Origin: Gammaproteobacteria bacterium
Lineage (GTDB): Bacteria; Pseudomonadota; Gammaproteobacteria; Eutrophobiales; Eutrophobiaceae
Length of the DNA stretch: 64,000 nt
Assembly (NCBI GenBank): GCA_965238225.1
Contig: OZ250183.1
Location: 960,001-1,024,000, forward strand
Direction of reading: 5' to 3'
Position 1 is the stretch's first letter. Every line of letters starts with the position of its first letter. The notes below the pieces were generated by a model. That model was not told where the DNA came from and did not search any database. It was given only the letters and a program-made list of their open reading frames with translations. The position numbers were made by a program, and so were the translations under genes. Shown piece by piece: positions 17,078 to 29,611 of the stretch.

Positions 17078-19225
17078 TTACATATCGACTAAAATATTTT
17101 CTTGTTTAATTTTCAATGCTTGAAGCGCAGAAGGATTAGAGTTTTGCAATTGGATTAGATCATTTAGAATACGAGCAGTCTCTTGTAACAGAATGTCATG
17201 AGGTTTTTCTTTACCATCTTCTTCCTCAAGCTCATCAATTTCCAGTGAGCCATTTCTTTGTGGAAGTGGAGAAAGTCCCTGAGCGATCCTTAATTTGTTC
17301 TCAAGCTCATGCTTCATATCCAGCATATTTTCACGCTCGATTTCCCTTTTGCTCCTTTTTAGGGAAATTGTTTTCTTATTATTATTCGCTTTAATAAATT
17401 CTAATTGCTCTAGAAGCAGTTCAAAAATTTTATCAGAACTTAAACGTTTTTCGTGTAAAAATATTATATTGTCATAAAAATTTTCTAGTGAAACCATTTT
17501 TACATAGTTTGCTGGCTTAATTTTATCCCAAGACAAAGCATTACCCAATGATCGTTCCCCGGAATTCTCTATATCTATCGCTGTGGGAAATACAATATCA
17601 GGGATAACACCTTTATTTTGAGTGCTGTTTCCACTGACACGGAAAAACTGAGCGATCGTTGATTTAAGTTTACCGTGGTCTTTTTGGGGATTTCTAATAA
17701 AATTATTGATATCAGTAATATTTTGTACAGTCCCCTTACCAAAAGTTGGTTCACCGACGATAATGCCACGTTGATAATCCTGAATAGCACCTGCAAAGAT
17801 TTCTGAAGCAGAGGCACTGTTTCTATCGACGAACACCGCCAAAGAACCTGCATAAAAAAGATCGGGGTCAGGATCATTATTAATGTTAATCTCCCCTGAT
17901 AAATTTTTTGTTTGTACTACAGGGCCTGCTTCAATAAAGAGACCTGTCATTGCAAGTGCTTCGGAGAGAGAGCCACCACCATTGCCGCGTAGATCAATAA
18001 TGATGCCATCAACGCTTTCTTTATTGAGGTCTGTAATAAGCTTACGAACATCCTTGCTGGTGCTTCTAAAATCAGAGTCGCCTTTAGCTTGAGCTGCAAA
18101 ATCTACATAGAAAGTAGGGATATCAATAACGCCAATTTTTTTATTTATATCAGGTAGATCAATCAAGGTTGATTTTGATGCAGACTCTTCAAGTTTTATC
18201 TTGTTTCTAGTTAGTGTGATAACTTTACTCAGGTCTTCGGTAGCTGATTTCCTAGGAATGATTTCAAGTCGTAGTACAGTATCTTTTGGGCCACGAATAA
18301 GCGCAACAACATCATCAAGTCGCCAACCAACAATATCAATAATTTCACCATTATATCCTTGCCCAACACCGATTATTTTATCTTTACTGTGTAATTTTTT
18401 GCTTAGGTCTGCTGGTCCGCCAGGGACAATCTTATGGATAAACGTATAATCATCTTCACTTTTTAAGACAGCACCGATTCCCTCCAAGGAAAGCCGCATG
18501 CTGATATCAAAATTTTCGGAAGCTCTGGGTGAAAAATAAGCAGTATGTGGATCTATGGATGTTGTGTAAGAATTAATGAAACTTTGAAATATATCATTTG
18601 AATTAAATTGAAATATGTTTGTGTAAATCCTGTTATATCGTTTCTTCAAAGAATCTTTTACTTCTTTTTCTGTTTTTCCCTTGCCGGATAATAAGAGATT
18701 AAGCACATCGTTTTTTACGATCTTTCGCCAAAGTTTATTTAATTCTTTAGGATTTTTAGCCCATAGAGATTCATGACGGTAAAACACATAGTCTTCATCA
18801 ATTTCAAAATCAAATTCATTTTCTAATTCTAAAATTGCAAAATTCACCCGATCTTCAACTCTCTTTCTATAGATTTTGAAAATATCAAAAGCAGGGTCTA
18901 ACTTAGATGTAAGCAGGGCATCGTCTAGTTTATATCGGTATTTTGAAATATTCTGTATATCTTCATCCAGAAAGAATTTTCGATTTGGATCCAAGCTATC
19001 TATATAGATATCAAATATTAATGAAGATAAAATATTGTCAACAGGTTTTTTGCGATAATGGTAGTTATTGATTAGGGATGTAATTATCTTTGTGACTTTG
19101 ATATGTTCTTCAGCAGGGGTTAGATCTGATGAGAGAACTAGTGATACTTCAGAACAGACGTTAGCACAGAAAAAGACTAAGAAGAATGTCAAAATTAATG
19201 TAATGGATGGCGAGGGCTTTTTCAT
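17078..19225 (-). CDS. prc: C-terminal processing (tail-specific) protease
   Basis: DPHTAYFSP, PDZ LEGIGAVL, DLRGNGGG, SASASEIFAGAIQDY, GKGTVQ. Confidence 0.95.
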   Translation of the reverse strand: MKKPSPSITLILTFFLVFFCANVCSEVSLVLSSDLTPAEEHIKVTKIITSLINNYHYRKKPVDNILSSLIFDIYIDSLDPNRKFFLDEDIQNISKYRYKLDDALLTSKLDPAFDIFKIYRKRVEDRVNFAILELENEFDFEIDEDYVFYRHESLWAKNPKELNKLWRKIVKNDVLNLLLSGKGKTEKEVKDSLKKRYNRIYTNIFQFNSNDIFQSFINSYTTSIDPHTAYFSPRASENFDISMRLSLEGIGAVLKSEDDYTFIHKIVPGGPADLSKKLHSKDKIIGVGQGYNGEIIDIVGWRLDDVVALIRGPKDTVLRLEIIPRKSATEDLSKVITLTRNKIKLEESASKSTLIDLPDINKKIGVIDIPTFYVDFAAQAKGDSDFRSTSKDVRKLITDLNKESVDGIIIDLRGNGGGSLSEALAMTGLFIEAGPVVQTKNLSGEININNDPDPDLFYAGSLAVFVDRNSASASEIFAGAIQDYQRGIIVGEPTFGKGTVQNITDINNFIRNPQKDHGKLKSTIAQFFRVSGNSTQNKGVIPDIVFPTAIDIENSGERSLGNALSWDKIKPANYVKMVSLENFYDNIIFLHEKRLSSDKIFELLLEQLEFIKANNNKKTISLKRSKREIERENMLDMKHELENKLRIAQGLSPLPQRNGSLEIDELEEEDGKEKPHDILLQETARILNDLIQLQNSNPSALQALKIKQENILVDM

Positions 19226-19391
19226 TAATAGTTTGAAATTAATAAATTTAAATTGATTTAAAAATCTTATTTAATTAAATAGAGCTGTTCCATAGCATGT
19301 GCATTATATCTTAATTTTTCTTATAGTACTGGTAGTTTTTAGCTGTTATTTCTGATCGATGACTACATAACGATTATTATTTTGACGATTG

Positions 19392-19850
19392 TTATTTAGT
19401 GACAGGCTGTTTTTCTTTATTTAATTTTTCTATGCGTTCGTTAAGCTCTGCAGCTTTTCTATTATTTCCCCCAAGAAATATGGGCGCTTGTTTATAGTAT
19501 TTTGCAAGATCTGTGAGTGCAGCGATATTGTTTGCATCTAATTCAATGGCATGTTCAAGGGATTCTCTTGAATCTTTAGCCAGATTTATAGCCTCTAACC
19601 ATCCGGATATCTCCGCAAGTTCTCCATAAGTTTTTGCAAGCCAGTGGTGATAACGTGAATCATTAGATGACAGGCTGATTGCTTTTAAAAATTTATCTGC
19701 AGCAGCTTCAAATTTATTGTTTTCGTACAAGATCTGACCTTGTTTAAAATTTTCTTCTGCAACAGAATCATGCAGTACTTCTTCGTTAGCTAAACTGCTG
19801 GAAATTGCCAATAAGATATATGTTATGACTGCAAGGTACGTTAACTTCAT
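19392..19850 (-). CDS. Exported TPR protein
   Basis: Signal peptide from MKLTYLAV (ATG 19850; ORF track extends to 19964); TPR-like helices. Confidence 0.75.
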   Translation of the reverse strand: MKLTYLAVITYILLAISSSLANEEVLHDSVAEENFKQGQILYENNKFEAAADKFLKAISLSSNDSRYHHWLAKTYGELAEISGWLEAINLAKDSRESLEHAIELDANNIAALTDLAKYYKQAPIFLGGNNRKAAELNERIEKLNKEKQPVTK

Positions 19851-20093
19851 GTTATTAAATAACGGTCTCAAGGATAGCCTTAGCGATAATCTCAAGTAGC
19901 TAAATTTCTTAATGAGTTCTTTGTGATGAAATTTTAATGGACAATACATTTCTTTAGACATCATTATACCTTAATTAATATAAATCAATTCTATATCAAA
20001 CACCAAAATAGAAGCAGATCCAATAAATCTCGTTCACAATACGATCTCATAGATGATCCCTGACAGGACATAAATTTTCCATAAAGGCTGGCG

Positions 20094-20747
20094 TTATAAT
20101 GCGCCAGCATCCCGCAATGCACTTGCTAAGCTAGAGGCTATTTCCTGATATCCCATTTTGTTGGGGTGAACTATATCTGATTTCATAGAAGTATTTGACA
20201 ATACATCCGCTATAAGGTTCGGGATGAAAATTACATCACTGCTTTCTGCGATATTGGTATATAGTTTTGCGGACTTAAGAAATAATCCAAGTTTAGGCAC
20301 GCCAAGCAGAATTGTTGAGATATTTTTATTTTTAGCTAGTGTGATCATCTGCCGAATATTTTTTTCTGTCTCAGCAAGGTCATACTTTTTTAAAATGTCA
20401 TTACCGCCATGACAAAGAATCAATAAATCTGGTTGATGTTTATCAAGGAATTTTGGTAAGCGTTGCAGCCCATGTATAGACAATTCTCCAAGCACGCCAG
20501 CATTAATGACTTTGCGATTGACCAAGGTTTCCAAGATAGCGGGATAGCTTTCATTCTTCTTTGCGCCAGTACCAAACGTTAGACTATCCCCAAAAGCGAG
20601 AATAACGGCATCATCAGGTAGTTTAGCAAGCTGTTGTTGCGAGTCACCACAGGCGGTCGGTAGTAGCAGAAATAATAAATAGTAAGCTAAGCTGCAGGAA
20701 TGTCCGAGCGAAGCTCTTCGTAAAAAGAAACTCATTTTTAAATTCAT
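20094..20747 (-). CDS. GDSL/SGNH arylesterase (TesA-like), possibly a lipoprotein
   Basis: AFGDSLTFG, INAGVLGE, GGND, DIVHPN; lipobox-like PTAC. Confidence 0.9.
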   Translation of the reverse strand: MNLKMSFFLRRASLGHSCSLAYYLLFLLLPTACGDSQQQLAKLPDDAVILAFGDSLTFGTGAKKNESYPAILETLVNRKVINAGVLGELSIHGLQRLPKFLDKHQPDLLILCHGGNDILKKYDLAETEKNIRQMITLAKNKNISTILLGVPKLGLFLKSAKLYTNIAESSDVIFIPNLIADVLSNTSMKSDIVHPNKMGYQEIASSLASALRDAGAL

Positions 20748-20846
20748 TAATATGATTACCCAAAGCAGAAAGTAATGTTATAGCGCGACAAGTTATTTTT
20801 ATCCTTAATGAAGGAATGAATAATTTAAGAAACTAATAATTTTTTA

Positions 20847-21848
20847 TTAAATTAACTGTGTTTCCTCTATCGCAGTTTGAACAACCTCAATTCCAGCTCC
20901 TTTTTTATAAGCATTTTCACTAATATGTCGACGATAAGCGCGAGCACCGTACTGACCTGAATATAAACCAAGGATATGACGAGTTATATGCCCAAGATAA
21001 ATACCTTGATCTAGATTTATTTGAATATATTCCATAAATCTTTCCAAGATTTCATTGCGTGTGAGTAGCGGAATTTCGTTAGCAAATAATGTTTGTTCAA
21101 GCTCTGCTAGAAGATAAGGGTTTTGATAAGCTACGCGACCAACCATAACACCATCGATATGTTTATATTGTTCCATAATTGAATTTTGCATCGTGAAACC
21201 ACCATTAATAATAAAATCAAGTTCAGGAAAATCTTTTTTCAGCTGATAAACTGTTTCATATTGCAACGGCGGTACTTCGCGATTTTCTTTTGGACTCAGG
21301 CCATTTAACCAAGCTTTACGCGCATGAATAATAAAAGTATTACAACCTGCTTCTTTTACGTAGCGGACAAACATAGCCAATTCTTCATAACTATCTTGAT
21401 AGTCAATGCCAGTTCGCGTTTTGACTGTTACAGGAATACTCACCTGTTGTGACATTCTGGAAATACCTTCAGCAACAAGTTCTGGCTCTGCCATTAAACA
21501 AGCGCCAAAGCGCCCTGATTGTACCCTGTCACTGGGACAGCCGATATTGAGATTTATTTCATCATATCCAGCATCTTCTGCAATCATGGCACAAGTTGTA
21601 AGCGCGTCAGAGTCGCTGCCACCCAATTGGATGGCTAATGGATATTCATCAGCGCTATGTTCAAGAAGGTGCTGTCTGTCACCGTGGATAAGCGCGTCAG
21701 TCGTTATCATTTCGGTGTAAAGCAGAGCATGTGGTGAGATAATGCGCATAAAATAACGAAAATGCCTATCGGTATGATTCATCATTGGCGCGACGGTTAA
21801 TTTTCTATTTAATCTTGATGACATGAGTTTTAGTGTTTGTTTGGTCAA
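20847..21848 (-). CDS. dusA: tRNA-dihydrouridine(20/20a) synthase
   Basis: VAPMM..TDRHFRY, NLNIGCPSDRVQSGRFGACLM, HARKAWLNGLSPKENRE; start may be 21824. Confidence 0.95.
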   Translation of the reverse strand: MTKQTLKLMSSRLNRKLTVAPMMNHTDRHFRYFMRIISPHALLYTEMITTDALIHGDRQHLLEHSADEYPLAIQLGGSDSDALTTCAMIAEDAGYDEINLNIGCPSDRVQSGRFGACLMAEPELVAEGISRMSQQVSIPVTVKTRTGIDYQDSYEELAMFVRYVKEAGCNTFIIHARKAWLNGLSPKENREVPPLQYETVYQLKKDFPELDFIINGGFTMQNSIMEQYKHIDGVMVGRVAYQNPYLLAELEQTLFANEIPLLTRNEILERFMEYIQINLDQGIYLGHITRHILGLYSGQYGARAYRRHISENAYKKGAGIEVVQTAIEETQLI

Positions 21849-21901
21849 ATGTGTATTTTAAATAAAAAATATATTCAGAAATGGTGCAGTGATTATTTGT
21901 A

Positions 21902-24565
21902 TTACGAAAGAGCTTTAACAATAAGGTTTGTTAAGCATTCAAACTTAGCCGAATCCATAATAGGTTTATTTTTTTTGTCGGTGATGAAAAAAATATCTTC
22001 AACACGTGAACCATAAGTAGCAATCTTTGCCCCATGCAAACGAACATCACGCTTAGCTAGAGCAACACCAATTTGAGATAGCAATCCAAATCTATCCGAT
22101 GCAATTACTTCCATTACTGTTCTATTATTTTTATTATCTTGTGTGAATTTGACAGTTGTTGGAATAGAGAATATTTTTTGTTTTCGTGTTCGTGGATATG
22201 GTAAATATTGAGAATATTGTTCCAGCTGCGACAGTGTTTCATTAAGTTTACTTATAATATCTTCCCTATGATTTTTCTCTTTAATTGCTCTGCCTGATTT
22301 ATCCAGAATGATATAGGTATCCAGTGTGTATCCATGTATTGATGTTATGATTCTAGCGTCAACAATAGTCAGTCCAAGTTGAGCCAACATATGTGTTGTT
22401 GCCGAAAAAATATTATCCTGATCTTTCATGTATACAAAAATTTCTGTGCCTCCTCGAGCAGTTTGTTGACGAGTTTTAATCAAGGGATATTTTTTTTGTG
22501 TATTATTTGCGATGGATTTAGCGTGCCATGCTATTTCATCCGGCAAATAGCGAATAAAGTAATCTTCACCCAGAGACATCCAGAGCTTGTCAATATCAAA
22601 TTTTGATTTGATTCGATCGCTAATGAGCTCCAGTGTAGAGTGTTTGGTTTTTTTGATACGGTCTTTTCTATTAAACGGATTTTCCAGACCACGCCTAAGC
22701 GCACGTGCCGTCTCACTATATAGCTTATTAAACAATGAATCTTTCCATGCATTCCAGAGCCCAGGGTTAGTGCCATTGACATCAGCAACAGTCAGCAGAT
22801 ACAGATAATTCAAGTGCTCCAGATCGCCTATTTTTATTGTGAATTTATTGATGACTTCCGGGTCGTTAATATCTTCACGCTGTGCCGTTTTTGACAAGAT
22901 CAAATGATTTTCAACCAGCCAGCCAACAAGATCTGTGTCGTATGTGCTTAGACTGTGTTGCTTACAAAAATCAACAGCATCTTTTATGCCTAATTTGCTA
23001 TGGTCTCCTTGTCGACCTTTAGCAATATCGTGGAACAAACCAGAAAGATAGAGCAGCTCTTGTTTCGGCAATTTTTTTAAAATTTCATGACACAGCGGAT
23101 AAGTATCAGCATATTCTGGCAATTCAAAATGTCGCATATTTTGAACTACAAAAAGAATATGTTCATCAACACTGTAAACATGGAATAGATCAAATTGCAT
23201 TTGTCCTTCAATTCGACCAAAGGCTGGCAGGTATTTACTGAGTATGCCGTAACGATGCATGCGTCGAAGTTCATGACCAACATATCGTGGTTGTCTAATG
23301 ATTTCCATGAACAGGCTTTTGTTACGAATATCGGCCCTAAATTTGTCATCAATCAAATAGGAATATTTCCAAATCAAGCGAATGGTATTCGCTCGAATAT
23401 TTTTGATTGACAAAATTTGCTGTTTAAGTAGGAATATCTCTAATAATGCAAAGGGATACCGTTTAAATACTTTATCATGACAAACTTCGATACAATTATT
23501 ACGGATTTGAAAACGTTTATTGATAGGTTTTATTTTTTCTTTACGTGTCGGATAAATAATCACCTCATGGAAATTCTGCAAAAACAGTTCGTTTAGACGG
23601 CGTAACTCGCGCACCATCTGGTAATACAATTTCATGAATTGCTCAACACCGCTATTATCTTTCGTGCGAAAGCCAAAGATTTGTGCCATGTGACGTTGTT
23701 GATCAAATGAAAGTCTGTCGTCACACCGACCCATTAAATTGTGTAGAGCGTAGCGAATGCGCCAGAGAAATGTTTGGCCTGTTTCCAGCCTTGAATGTTC
23801 TTCGTTAGTCAAAAAATCATGCTTAACCAGATCATGCAGCTTCTCAATACCAAAATGTCGTTTAGCGATCCAGCCAATCATTTGGATATCTCTTAGCCCT
23901 CCAGGACTTTCTTTGATGTTTGGTTCTAGATTATGTTCAGTATTGGCATATTTTTTATGGCGTTCGATTTGTTCTTGCAGCTTGGCCTTAAAAAATTTCT
24001 TGCTTGGCCAGATTTTTTTTGGTCCAGTCAATTTACGCATGGAATCAAATAATTTTTGGTCGCCCTCCAAAAGACGTGCTTCCATCATATTTGTGGTTAC
24101 GGCAATGTCAGATTTTCCTTCAGAGATACAATCTTTTATGGTGCGGACACTTTGTCCAACCTCAAGACCTATATCCCACAAAAAAGTCAGGAACTTCTGA
24201 ATTTGTTCATTTGTTTCTTTGTTACTTCTGTATTTCTCAAGAATGAGCAGATCAATATCAGATGCAGGATGTAGTTCATTTCTGCCATAACCGCCCACCG
24301 CTAATAAAGTCAGATCTTTGCAACTTATCATAGACTGCCAAGCATGTATCAGAAGCTGGTCGATAAATTCTGCACGTTTATGTACGAGATCTACAACAGT
24401 TCTTCCTTTATCAAACGCATCGTTTAATGCCTGAGATCCTTCTTGTAAGGTATTTTTAAAAACACTGACTGGGGATGTGCTGGATAATAATTCTTCTGCG
24501 AAGTAATCGCTTCTGAATAAAAATATTTCTTCTTTGGAGTCTTTTTGCGTGCTAATAGATATCAA
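21902..24565 (-). CDS. glnD: PII uridylyltransferase/uridylyl-removing enzyme
   Basis: AVGGYGR.ELHPASDIDL, EPNIKESPGGLRD, HD domain, ACT domains; adjacent to map. Confidence 0.96.
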   Translation of the reverse strand: MISISTQKDSKEEIFLFRSDYFAEELLSSTSPVSVFKNTLQEGSQALNDAFDKGRTVVDLVHKRAEFIDQLLIHAWQSMISCKDLTLLAVGGYGRNELHPASDIDLLILEKYRSNKETNEQIQKFLTFLWDIGLEVGQSVRTIKDCISEGKSDIAVTTNMMEARLLEGDQKLFDSMRKLTGPKKIWPSKKFFKAKLQEQIERHKKYANTEHNLEPNIKESPGGLRDIQMIGWIAKRHFGIEKLHDLVKHDFLTNEEHSRLETGQTFLWRIRYALHNLMGRCDDRLSFDQQRHMAQIFGFRTKDNSGVEQFMKLYYQMVRELRRLNELFLQNFHEVIIYPTRKEKIKPINKRFQIRNNCIEVCHDKVFKRYPFALLEIFLLKQQILSIKNIRANTIRLIWKYSYLIDDKFRADIRNKSLFMEIIRQPRYVGHELRRMHRYGILSKYLPAFGRIEGQMQFDLFHVYSVDEHILFVVQNMRHFELPEYADTYPLCHEILKKLPKQELLYLSGLFHDIAKGRQGDHSKLGIKDAVDFCKQHSLSTYDTDLVGWLVENHLILSKTAQREDINDPEVINKFTIKIGDLEHLNYLYLLTVADVNGTNPGLWNAWKDSLFNKLYSETARALRRGLENPFNRKDRIKKTKHSTLELISDRIKSKFDIDKLWMSLGEDYFIRYLPDEIAWHAKSIANNTQKKYPLIKTRQQTARGGTEIFVYMKDQDNIFSATTHMLAQLGLTIVDARIITSIHGYTLDTYIILDKSGRAIKEKNHREDIISKLNETLSQLEQYSQYLPYPRTRKQKIFSIPTTVKFTQDNKNNRTVMEVIASDRFGLLSQIGVALAKRDVRLHGAKIATYGSRVEDIFFITDKKNKPIMDSAKFECLTNLIVKALS

Positions 24566-24567
24566 AA

Positions 24568-25335
24568 TTAAAAATCTTCTTCATCTCGTTTGGTTAAGAC
24601 TTCATATCCATCAGCAGTTACAAGAATGGTATGTTCCCATTGCGCAGAAAGGTTCCGGTCTCTGGTGACGACAGTCCATTCGTCGGGTAATAATTTAACA
24701 TGGCGTTTGCCGATATTAATCATTGGCTCAATAGTAAATGTCATACCTTTTTCGATGATTAACCCGGTATCTTTGCGTCCATAGTGTAGCACCTGAGGGT
24801 CTTCATGGAATGCTTTGCCAATGCCGTGGCCGCAATATTCGCGAACGATTGAATAATTATTGCTTTCTGCATATTGCTGAATCGCATAGCCAATATCTCC
24901 AAGACGTGTGCCAGGCTTCACCATTTCAATGCCCAATTTCATGCATTCATAAGTGATGTTTGTCAGTCTTTTGGCCTTGATTGAAGGTTCTCCAACAAAG
25001 AACATCTTGCTGGTATCTCCATGATATTCATTTTTGATGACTGTGATATCGATATTTATGATGTCCTTATTTTTCAGTTTCTTGTTTCCAGGGATGCCGT
25101 GACAAACAACATGATTCACTGAGGTGCAAATAGATTTTGGGAATCCCCGATAATTTAAGGGGGCAGGGATCGCATTTAGTTCATTAACGATATAATCGTG
25201 ACAGATACGATCTAGTTCATTGGTCGTAATTCCTTCACAGACATGAGGTTTTACCATTTGCAGAACATTCGCTGCCAAATGGCCTGCAATACGCATTTTT
25301 TCGATTTCTTCTGGTGTTTTAATAGTGATGGTCAT
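24568..25335 (-). CDS. map: Methionine aminopeptidase type I
   Basis: CTSVNHVVCHGIP, GHGIG, FTIEPMIN, SAQWEHT. Confidence 0.97.
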   Translation of the reverse strand: MTITIKTPEEIEKMRIAGHLAANVLQMVKPHVCEGITTNELDRICHDYIVNELNAIPAPLNYRGFPKSICTSVNHVVCHGIPGNKKLKNKDIINIDITVIKNEYHGDTSKMFFVGEPSIKAKRLTNITYECMKLGIEMVKPGTRLGDIGYAIQQYAESNNYSIVREYCGHGIGKAFHEDPQVLHYGRKDTGLIIEKGMTFTIEPMINIGKRHVKLLPDEWTVVTRDRNLSAQWEHTILVTADGYEVLTKRDEEDF

Positions 25336-25429
25336 AGGTTATCTCTGGATATGTCCTGTAAACAAGCTGAGCGATTGTTGTCAATAGTCTTCTATGTTAT
25401 AAAACACCTATAGTTTTGCAAATTAATGT

Positions 25430-25502
25430 CACACGCACAACTGCAACTATGTATTGGGTGCCTGACAAGGTTGGTGCATAGTGTGTGCGGAGGCGTAACC
25501 CT
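25430..25502 (+). ncRNA. rpsB leader (t44 / S2 autoregulatory element)
   Basis: CACACGCAC...TGGGTGCC...GG...GTGTGCGGAGGCGTAACCC matches the gammaproteobacterial S2 leader; extended -10 TGTTATAAA near 25395-25403. Confidence 0.8.
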
Positions 25503-25518
25503 AATTGGAGAGATTATA

Positions 25519-26604
25519 ATGTCAAACGTTACCATGCGTGAAATGCTGGAGGCTGGTGTTCATTTTGGCCATCAGGCTCGTTACTGGAACCCCAAGATGG
25601 CACCGTATTTGTTCGGCCAGCGTAACAAGATTCACATCATCAACCTTGAACTATCCTTGCCGATGTATTGCGAAGCCGTTAATTTTTTGGGTAAATTGGC
25701 TGCCAAACAAGGCAAGATCATGTTCGTTGGGACTAAGCGTACTGCTCAAAATGTGATTCAGGAAGAGGCTCTTCGTTGTGGCATGCCTTTTGTAAATCGT
25801 CGTTGGTTAGGCGGATTATTGACGAACTACCAAACGGTCAAGAAATCTATTAATAGAATGAACAGCTTGGAGGTTAAGGAGACAGACGGTACATTGGAAA
25901 AAATGACCAAAAAAGACCAGCTCAGGCATAAAAGAGAATTGGAGAAGCTATCGCGCGGTCTTTCCGGGATTAGGGATATGAATGGTTTGCCAGATGCCTT
26001 ATTTATTGTTGATGTAGGTTATGAAAATATTGCAGTAAGTGAAGCTAAGAAATTGGGCATTCCAGTCGTAGGCGTTGTTGATAGCAATAATAGTTTGGAT
26101 AATGTTGATTACATTATTCCTGGTAATGACGATGCAGTTCGTTCTATTCGTCTATACGCCAAAGGTATTGCTGATGCGATACTTGATAGTCGTGCAGCAG
26201 CACAGATGGGCACAGCCAAGGAGGATGATTTTGTTGAGCTGGATGATCTTGGTCAACCAATCATTCGGGAAGTTGCAGATAAAACGACAAACAAAGAGCC
26301 TGCGACCATAAAAAAGATCACTAAGAAAATAATAGAAAAAGTTTCAACTGATTCAAACACGCCTTCTGATAAAATAACCAAAGAAACCAAAGAAGTTGCA
26401 GTATCTGCTGAAGCAGCAGTAATTAAGAAAAAAGTAATCAAGAAAAAAGTGATCAAGAAAAAGGTGAGCAAGAAAAAAGTGATCAAGAAAAACGTGATCA
26501 AGAAAAAGGTGAGCAAGAAAAAAGTGATCAAGAAAAAAACTAAAAAACAGTTTGCTAAAAAAATTACTAAAGCCGAAAAAACCAAAGAAGGTGAGGGAGA
26601 ATAA
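25519..26604 (+). CDS. rpsB: 30S ribosomal protein S2 with long Lys-rich C-terminal extension
   Basis: [19 protein letters not shown]...PGNDDA; GGAG RBS before ATG 25519. Confidence 0.97.
   Translation: MSNVTMREMLEAGVHFGHQARYWNPKMAPYLFGQRNKIHIINLELSLPMYCEAVNFLGKLAAKQGKIMFVGTKRTAQNVIQEEALRCGMPFVNRRWLGGLLTNYQTVKKSINRMNSLEVKETDGTLEKMTKKDQLRHKRELEKLSRGLSGIRDMNGLPDALFIVDVGYENIAVSEAKKLGIPVVGVVDSNNSLDNVDYIIPGNDDAVRSIRLYAKGIADAILDSRAAAQMGTAKEDDFVELDDLGQPIIREVADKTTNKEPATIKKITKKIIEKVSTDSNTPSDKITKETKEVAVSAEAAVIKKKVIKKKVIKKKVSKKKVIKKNVIKKKVSKKKVIKKKTKKQFAKKITKAEKTKEGEGE
26419..26538 (+). repeat. Eight 15-bp coding tandem repeats (GTGATCAAGAAAAAA consensus) encoding V(I/S)KK(K/N)
   Basis: [40 protein letters not shown]. 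Confidence 0.95.
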
Positions 26605-26607
26605 AAA

Positions 26608-28228
<1,621 letters not shown>

Positions 28229-28261
28229 GCTATTCGAGTAAAACTTAAAGAGAAAATTCCA

Positions 28262-28819
28262 ATGATTGACGATATATATAAAGATGCTGTTAAGCGCATG
28301 CTCAAGAGCTTGGAGGTGCTTAAACAGGAGTTAAGCAAAATACATACAGGTCGTGCACACACCAGTCTTCTGGATCACATTATGGTTAGTTTTTATGGCA
28401 CTAATACCCCCTTAAAACAGGTGGCAAACATTGGTATACAAGATGCACGAACTTTAAGTGTGACTGCCTTTGACAAAAACGTCATTCCGGATATCGAAAA
28501 AGCAATTATGAGTGCGGATATTGGATTAAATCCTGTCACTGCAGGTGAAGTAATTCGTGTTCCACTGCCTTTACTTACTGAAGATAGGCGTAAAGAATTG
28601 ATTCGAGTAGTGCGCAGAGAGGCAGAAAAAGGAAAGATTGCAATACGTAATATTCGACGTGATGCAAACCACGCCTGTAAGGAGCTTCTTAAAGGGAAAG
28701 AAATCTCAAAGGACGAAGATCGAGCTGCTGAAGACAAGATTCAGAAATTGACTGATAGCAATATTCATGAACTTGATAAGTTTTTGACAGATAAAGAAAA
28801 GGAAATGATAGAAATTTGA
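28262..28819 (+). CDS. frr: Ribosome recycling factor
   Basis: [20 protein letters not shown]; synteny. Confidence 0.96.
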   Translation: MIDDIYKDAVKRMLKSLEVLKQELSKIHTGRAHTSLLDHIMVSFYGTNTPLKQVANIGIQDARTLSVTAFDKNVIPDIEKAIMSADIGLNPVTAGEVIRVPLPLLTEDRRKELIRVVRREAEKGKIAIRNIRRDANHACKELLKGKEISKDEDRAAEDKIQKLTDSNIHELDKFLTDKEKEMIEI

Positions 28820-28858
28820 CTGGCATATTACATGGATATGCTAACAAATTATTATTAA

Positions 28859-29611
28859 ATGACCAGTAAACATGTATTGCGTAGTAACAGAGGTGGCTCA
28901 CCAAAGCATATTGCCATTATTATGGATGGTAATGGTCGCTGGGCAAAACAGAAAGATTTACCAAGAATTGCAGGTCATAAGGCAGGTGTTGCAACACTAC
29001 AGAAGATCGTTAATTTTAGTGTCAAAGAGGGTATAGAAATATTGACGGTCTACGCTTTCAGTAGCGAAAACTGGAAAAGACCAAGCGGTGAAATATCCGT
29101 GTTGATGGAGTTATTCAATACGTCCCTGCAAAAACACCTTCAAGAACTTCATGATAATAATGTCAGGCTTCGCTTCATTGGTAATTTGTCTGTCTTTTCT
29201 GAAAAACTTCGCCAATTAATGACTGATACAAAAAATATGACGACAAATAATGCAGGTCTGGAATTAGTCATTGCCGTGAACTATGGGGGGAGATGGGATA
29301 TCACTAATGCCTTTAAAACCCTCAATCAAAAAATCAGTAACAAAGAGCTAAAGCCAGAGGATATTTGTGAAGACTTAATTGGTAAATTTATGTGTCTTTC
29401 TGATCTTGCAGATCCAGATCTTTTTATCCGCACAGGTGGTGAAATGCGAATCAGCAATTATCTCCTTTGGCAGTTAGCGTATACTGAATTTTATTTTGAT
29501 GATTGTTTATGGCCAGATTTTGACACAATAAATTTGGAAAAAGCTCTAGAATGGTACGCTGGACGAGAAAGAAGATTCGGGCGCACCAGCAAGCAAATAG
29601 AACATGATTAA
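28859..29611 (+). CDS. uppS: Undecaprenyl diphosphate synthase
   Basis: HIAIIMDGNGRWA, YAFSSENWKRP, IRTGGEMRISNYLLWQ. Confidence 0.96.
   Translation: MTSKHVLRSNRGGSPKHIAIIMDGNGRWAKQKDLPRIAGHKAGVATLQKIVNFSVKEGIEILTVYAFSSENWKRPSGEISVLMELFNTSLQKHLQELHDNNVRLRFIGNLSVFSEKLRQLMTDTKNMTTNNAGLELVIAVNYGGRWDITNAFKTLNQKISNKELKPEDICEDLIGKFMCLSDLADPDLFIRTGGEMRISNYLLWQLAYTEFYFDDCLWPDFDTINLEKALEWYAGRERRFGRTSKQIEHD

Noticed and set aside
25426-25518. 31-aa N-terminal extension of S2 in the ORF track
   Set aside because: This region is the t44 leader RNA; the RBS and family N-terminus point to ATG 25519
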